Below are positions 61,605 through 64,000 of a stretch of DNA of 64,000 nucleotides, piece after piece (position 1 is the first letter of the stretch; each line of letters begins with the position of its first letter). The notes beneath the pieces are model-generated. The model saw only the letters and a program-made list of their open reading frames with translations. It ran no database searches and was not told the DNA's origin. The stretch lies in the sequence record SRR31156797_760. One strand, 5' to 3'. The position numbers were made by a program, and so were the translations under genes.

Positions 61605-62174
61605 ATGAACTATGCATATAGAGAACAAGGCAACCACGTCATGTCATGGCGCAATCAATGGACCTTGGACAATCCAATACGGAGGCTCGTCCAGCCACCC
61701 AAAAAAATGTTCGGCCATATGGTTACCCCGGGCATGACGGTTATTGACACAGGATGCGGGGTCGGCTTTTTCACCATGGCGTTAGCACGCATGGTAGGAG
61801 AAACTGGCAAGGTCATTGCTGTGGACCTTCAGGCTGAAGCATTAGCCAAGCTGGAGGAAAAGGTAGAACGAGCAGGCTTACACAGACGAGTGGAAACGTG
61901 GAAATGCGATGCAAATGACATCGGAGTGCTCCCAAAAGCGGACTTCGTCCTTTCAGCATACATGGCGCACGAAGTTCCTGATATAGACATCTACTTTCAC
62001 CGCATGGCGCAATGCATCAAACGCAATGGGCGCATGCTTTTTGTCGAACCGAAGTTTCACGTCTCTCCCAACAACTATCGTGAAGAAGTCGCTGCTGCCA
62101 TCAAGGCGGGATTTGAGCTGGACAGCCTGCCGTCCATATTCTTCAGTCACGCCGTCGTCCTCAGAAAGGGTTGA
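61605..62174 (+). CDS. Class I SAM-dependent methyltransferase
   Basis: IDTGCGVG, AVDLQ, HEVPD; AGGAGG SD. Confidence 0.88.
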   Translation: MNYAYREQGNHVMSWRNQWTLDNPIRRLVQPPKKMFGHMVTPGMTVIDTGCGVGFFTMALARMVGETGKVIAVDLQAEALAKLEEKVERAGLHRRVETWKCDANDIGVLPKADFVLSAYMAHEVPDIDIYFHRMAQCIKRNGRMLFVEPKFHVSPNNYREEVAAAIKAGFELDSLPSIFFSHAVVLRKG

Positions 62175-62215
62175 TACCAAACCTCTTGCAGGGTACCTTC
62201 GCCTCGGAGCAAACA

Positions 62216-62869
62216 ATGATCGAACAAAACACTATCAGGGTTCCTCAGCAGACCCGAAGTATCGAAAAAAAGAAACGGCTTATGGATGCGGCCATGGCAG
62301 AATTCGGCGCAAAGGGGTTCCATGGCACAAATGCCAAGGGAATTGCCAAAGGCGCAGATGTTTCTGTTGGAACTTTTTACGCCTATTTCACCGATAAAAA
62401 AGCAATTCTGTTTGAAATAATCAACCAGCATCTGATCGAAATCGACCAGTCCATATTCAAGACGCTCACCCGCAAGATTAAAGAGGGGGCTACGGGCAGG
62501 GAAGTGATCGGCCACATTGTCAAACTAGGACATGAAGCACACCATCATTCCCCGGAACTTTTGCGGGTCATGCTTTCCATGCAATACATTGACGAAGATT
62601 TTAAAGAATATGCTGCAACAGAATTCAATGGCACAACCACAAAGCTGAGTAAATTTCTCAAAACCATGAGCGACCGTCTCCGCATCACCGACATGGAGGC
62701 GGCAGCTCAGGTGGTCGCCAACGCGTTCGAAGAGACCATGCACTCGGTAGCCACCGGTAGGCCCCACGTTGAACAAAACCGCCTATATAATGCTCTGATC
62801 GACATGACCTCCATATACCTTTTCAAAGATCCGGATGTACCGCTTTCCTACCCTTCACAAGATAACTAA
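62216..62869 (+). CDS. TetR/AcrR family regulator
   Basis: PQQTRS..GFHGT..IAKGADVSVGTFYAYFTDK; GGAG SD before ATG 62216. Confidence 0.9.
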   Translation: MIEQNTIRVPQQTRSIEKKKRLMDAAMAEFGAKGFHGTNAKGIAKGADVSVGTFYAYFTDKKAILFEIINQHLIEIDQSIFKTLTRKIKEGATGREVIGHIVKLGHEAHHHSPELLRVMLSMQYIDEDFKEYAATEFNGTTTKLSKFLKTMSDRLRITDMEAAAQVVANAFEETMHSVATGRPHVEQNRLYNALIDMTSIYLFKDPDVPLSYPSQDN

Positions 62870-62917
62870 AATTTATAACCCCCTTGTCACAACCCCGCAC
62901 ACATCGTAAAGAAAGGT

Positions 62918-63679
62918 ATGCTCAACATACTTCGCCATGTGGTTGTGTTCATCATCCTCGTTTGCCTCCAGGTGGTCACAAGTCATGCGCAGTCAACACC
63001 CGATCCGGCAACTCGCCTCGCATACCTGACTGAAGAGTTCAAACCATATAACTATACGGAAAATAATCATCAGACAGGATTGGCCGTCGACCTCCTGAAA
63101 ATAATATGGAAGGAAATAAACATCACACCACAGCCTCTTCATTTCCTTCCCTGGACTCGTGCTTACGAAATGCTTGAATCCGAAAAAAACATTGTCCTTT
63201 TTTCCATGCTCAGAACACCAGAACGAGAAAAACTTTTCAAATGGGCCGGGCCGATCGCCCTCTCCACAACTTTCTTTTATGCAAAGGCAGACTCTCCCAT
63301 CACCTTACAGTCTTTCACAGATGCTCAAGGACTATCCGTTGGCATTGTCAAAGGCTATGCTTCGGAAGGGCTACTCGCAAAAAAAAGTCACATAGTCCGC
63401 ATCAATTCTCTGAAATCCGTTCAGGCCTGCATTGATATGCTTCTATCATCAAGAGTCGATCTCATTTCATTGGAAGCGCGGACTTTCGACAAAACTATTC
63501 GTGAGATGGGCCTCGCCCCAGACAACTTCAAAGCCGTGTGGAAAATTTCTGAAATGCGATCCTATTACGCCTTCAGCAAAGACGTTCCTGACACGCTCGT
63601 TGATCGGTTTCAAAAAGCTATTGACCGGGTACGCAGCTCCTCTGTTTATAAGGATCTCGTCCGTCGTTATCTTCATTGA
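62918..63679 (+). CDS. Periplasmic solute-binding protein, family 3 (orphan)
   Basis: Signal peptide; TEEFKPYNY, LPWTRA, REKLFKWAGP, YYAFSK. Confidence 0.85.
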   Translation: MLNILRHVVVFIILVCLQVVTSHAQSTPDPATRLAYLTEEFKPYNYTENNHQTGLAVDLLKIIWKEINITPQPLHFLPWTRAYEMLESEKNIVLFSMLRTPEREKLFKWAGPIALSTTFFYAKADSPITLQSFTDAQGLSVGIVKGYASEGLLAKKSHIVRINSLKSVQACIDMLLSSRVDLISLEARTFDKTIREMGLAPDNFKAVWKISEMRSYYAFSKDVPDTLVDRFQKAIDRVRSSSVYKDLVRRYLH

Positions 63680-63741
63680 TCCCGGATTTACACCCGCCCC
63701 GCACCCTGATACAAGAGCGCCAGACAACAGCGAGGATTATT

Positions 63742-64000
63742 ATGTTCACAGGACTGGTCATGGGTATGGGGCGTATCGAAGCCGCTGAAAATCGGGGAGC
63801 TGAAACGCGATTCCGCATTAAGGCGTTATTCGATCTCAACGACATCGAACTGGGTGAATCCATTGCGGTAAACGGCGTCTGCCTGACCGTGGAAACCTTT
63901 GGCGATGGTTGGTTCACCTGTTACGCTTCCAAAGAAACCACCTCTGTCACCAGCCTTGGTACATTGCGAATGGGATCCTCCGTCAATCTTGAACGCGCCA
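63742..64000 (+). CDS. ribE: Riboflavin synthase (alpha chain), 3'-truncated by the window
   Basis: MFTGLV, GESIAVNGVCLTV and VNLERA translated by hand. Confidence 0.95.
   Translation, partial: MFTGLVMGMGRIEAAENRGAETRFRIKALFDLNDIELGESIAVNGVCLTVETFGDGWFTCYASKETTSVTSLGTLRMGSSVNLERA

Overview
The window looks like chromosomal DNA of a sulfate-reducing Desulfovibrionaceae bacterium (Pseudodesulfovibrio-like); this is inferred from gene content and order, not from a search. Core blocks are pyk with an HD-GYP gene, the dcw cluster (mraZ to ftsZ, no ddl, followed by a radical SAM gene), rpmB/yceD-rpmF-plsX-fabH-fabG-acpP-fabF-glyA, gltX, a ZraSR-like sigma54 two-component locus, and dCMP deaminase-ribD...ribE. 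Accessory genes lie between them. I saw no rRNA, tRNA, CRISPR array, transposase or phage gene. Main signals: (1) a selenocysteine peroxiredoxin (DFTFV-UGA-ATE plus SECIS-like hairpin) and a second candidate selenoprotein, an FmdB zinc-ribbon protein with a possible C-terminal Sec and a SECIS in the 3' UTR; (2) a shared GTGCA-N6-TGCAC site plus sigma54 promoter linking a distant SHOCT gene to the ZraR-like locus; (3) a tandem pair of paralogous small basic proteins converging on an XRE-HTH/Cys-PAS/histidine kinase fusion; (4) a radical SAM gene that appears to start at ATC; (5) unassigned structured leaders before the NSS transporter and glyA; (6) four orphan solute-binding proteins. All calls are by eye; no database searches or folding programs were run.
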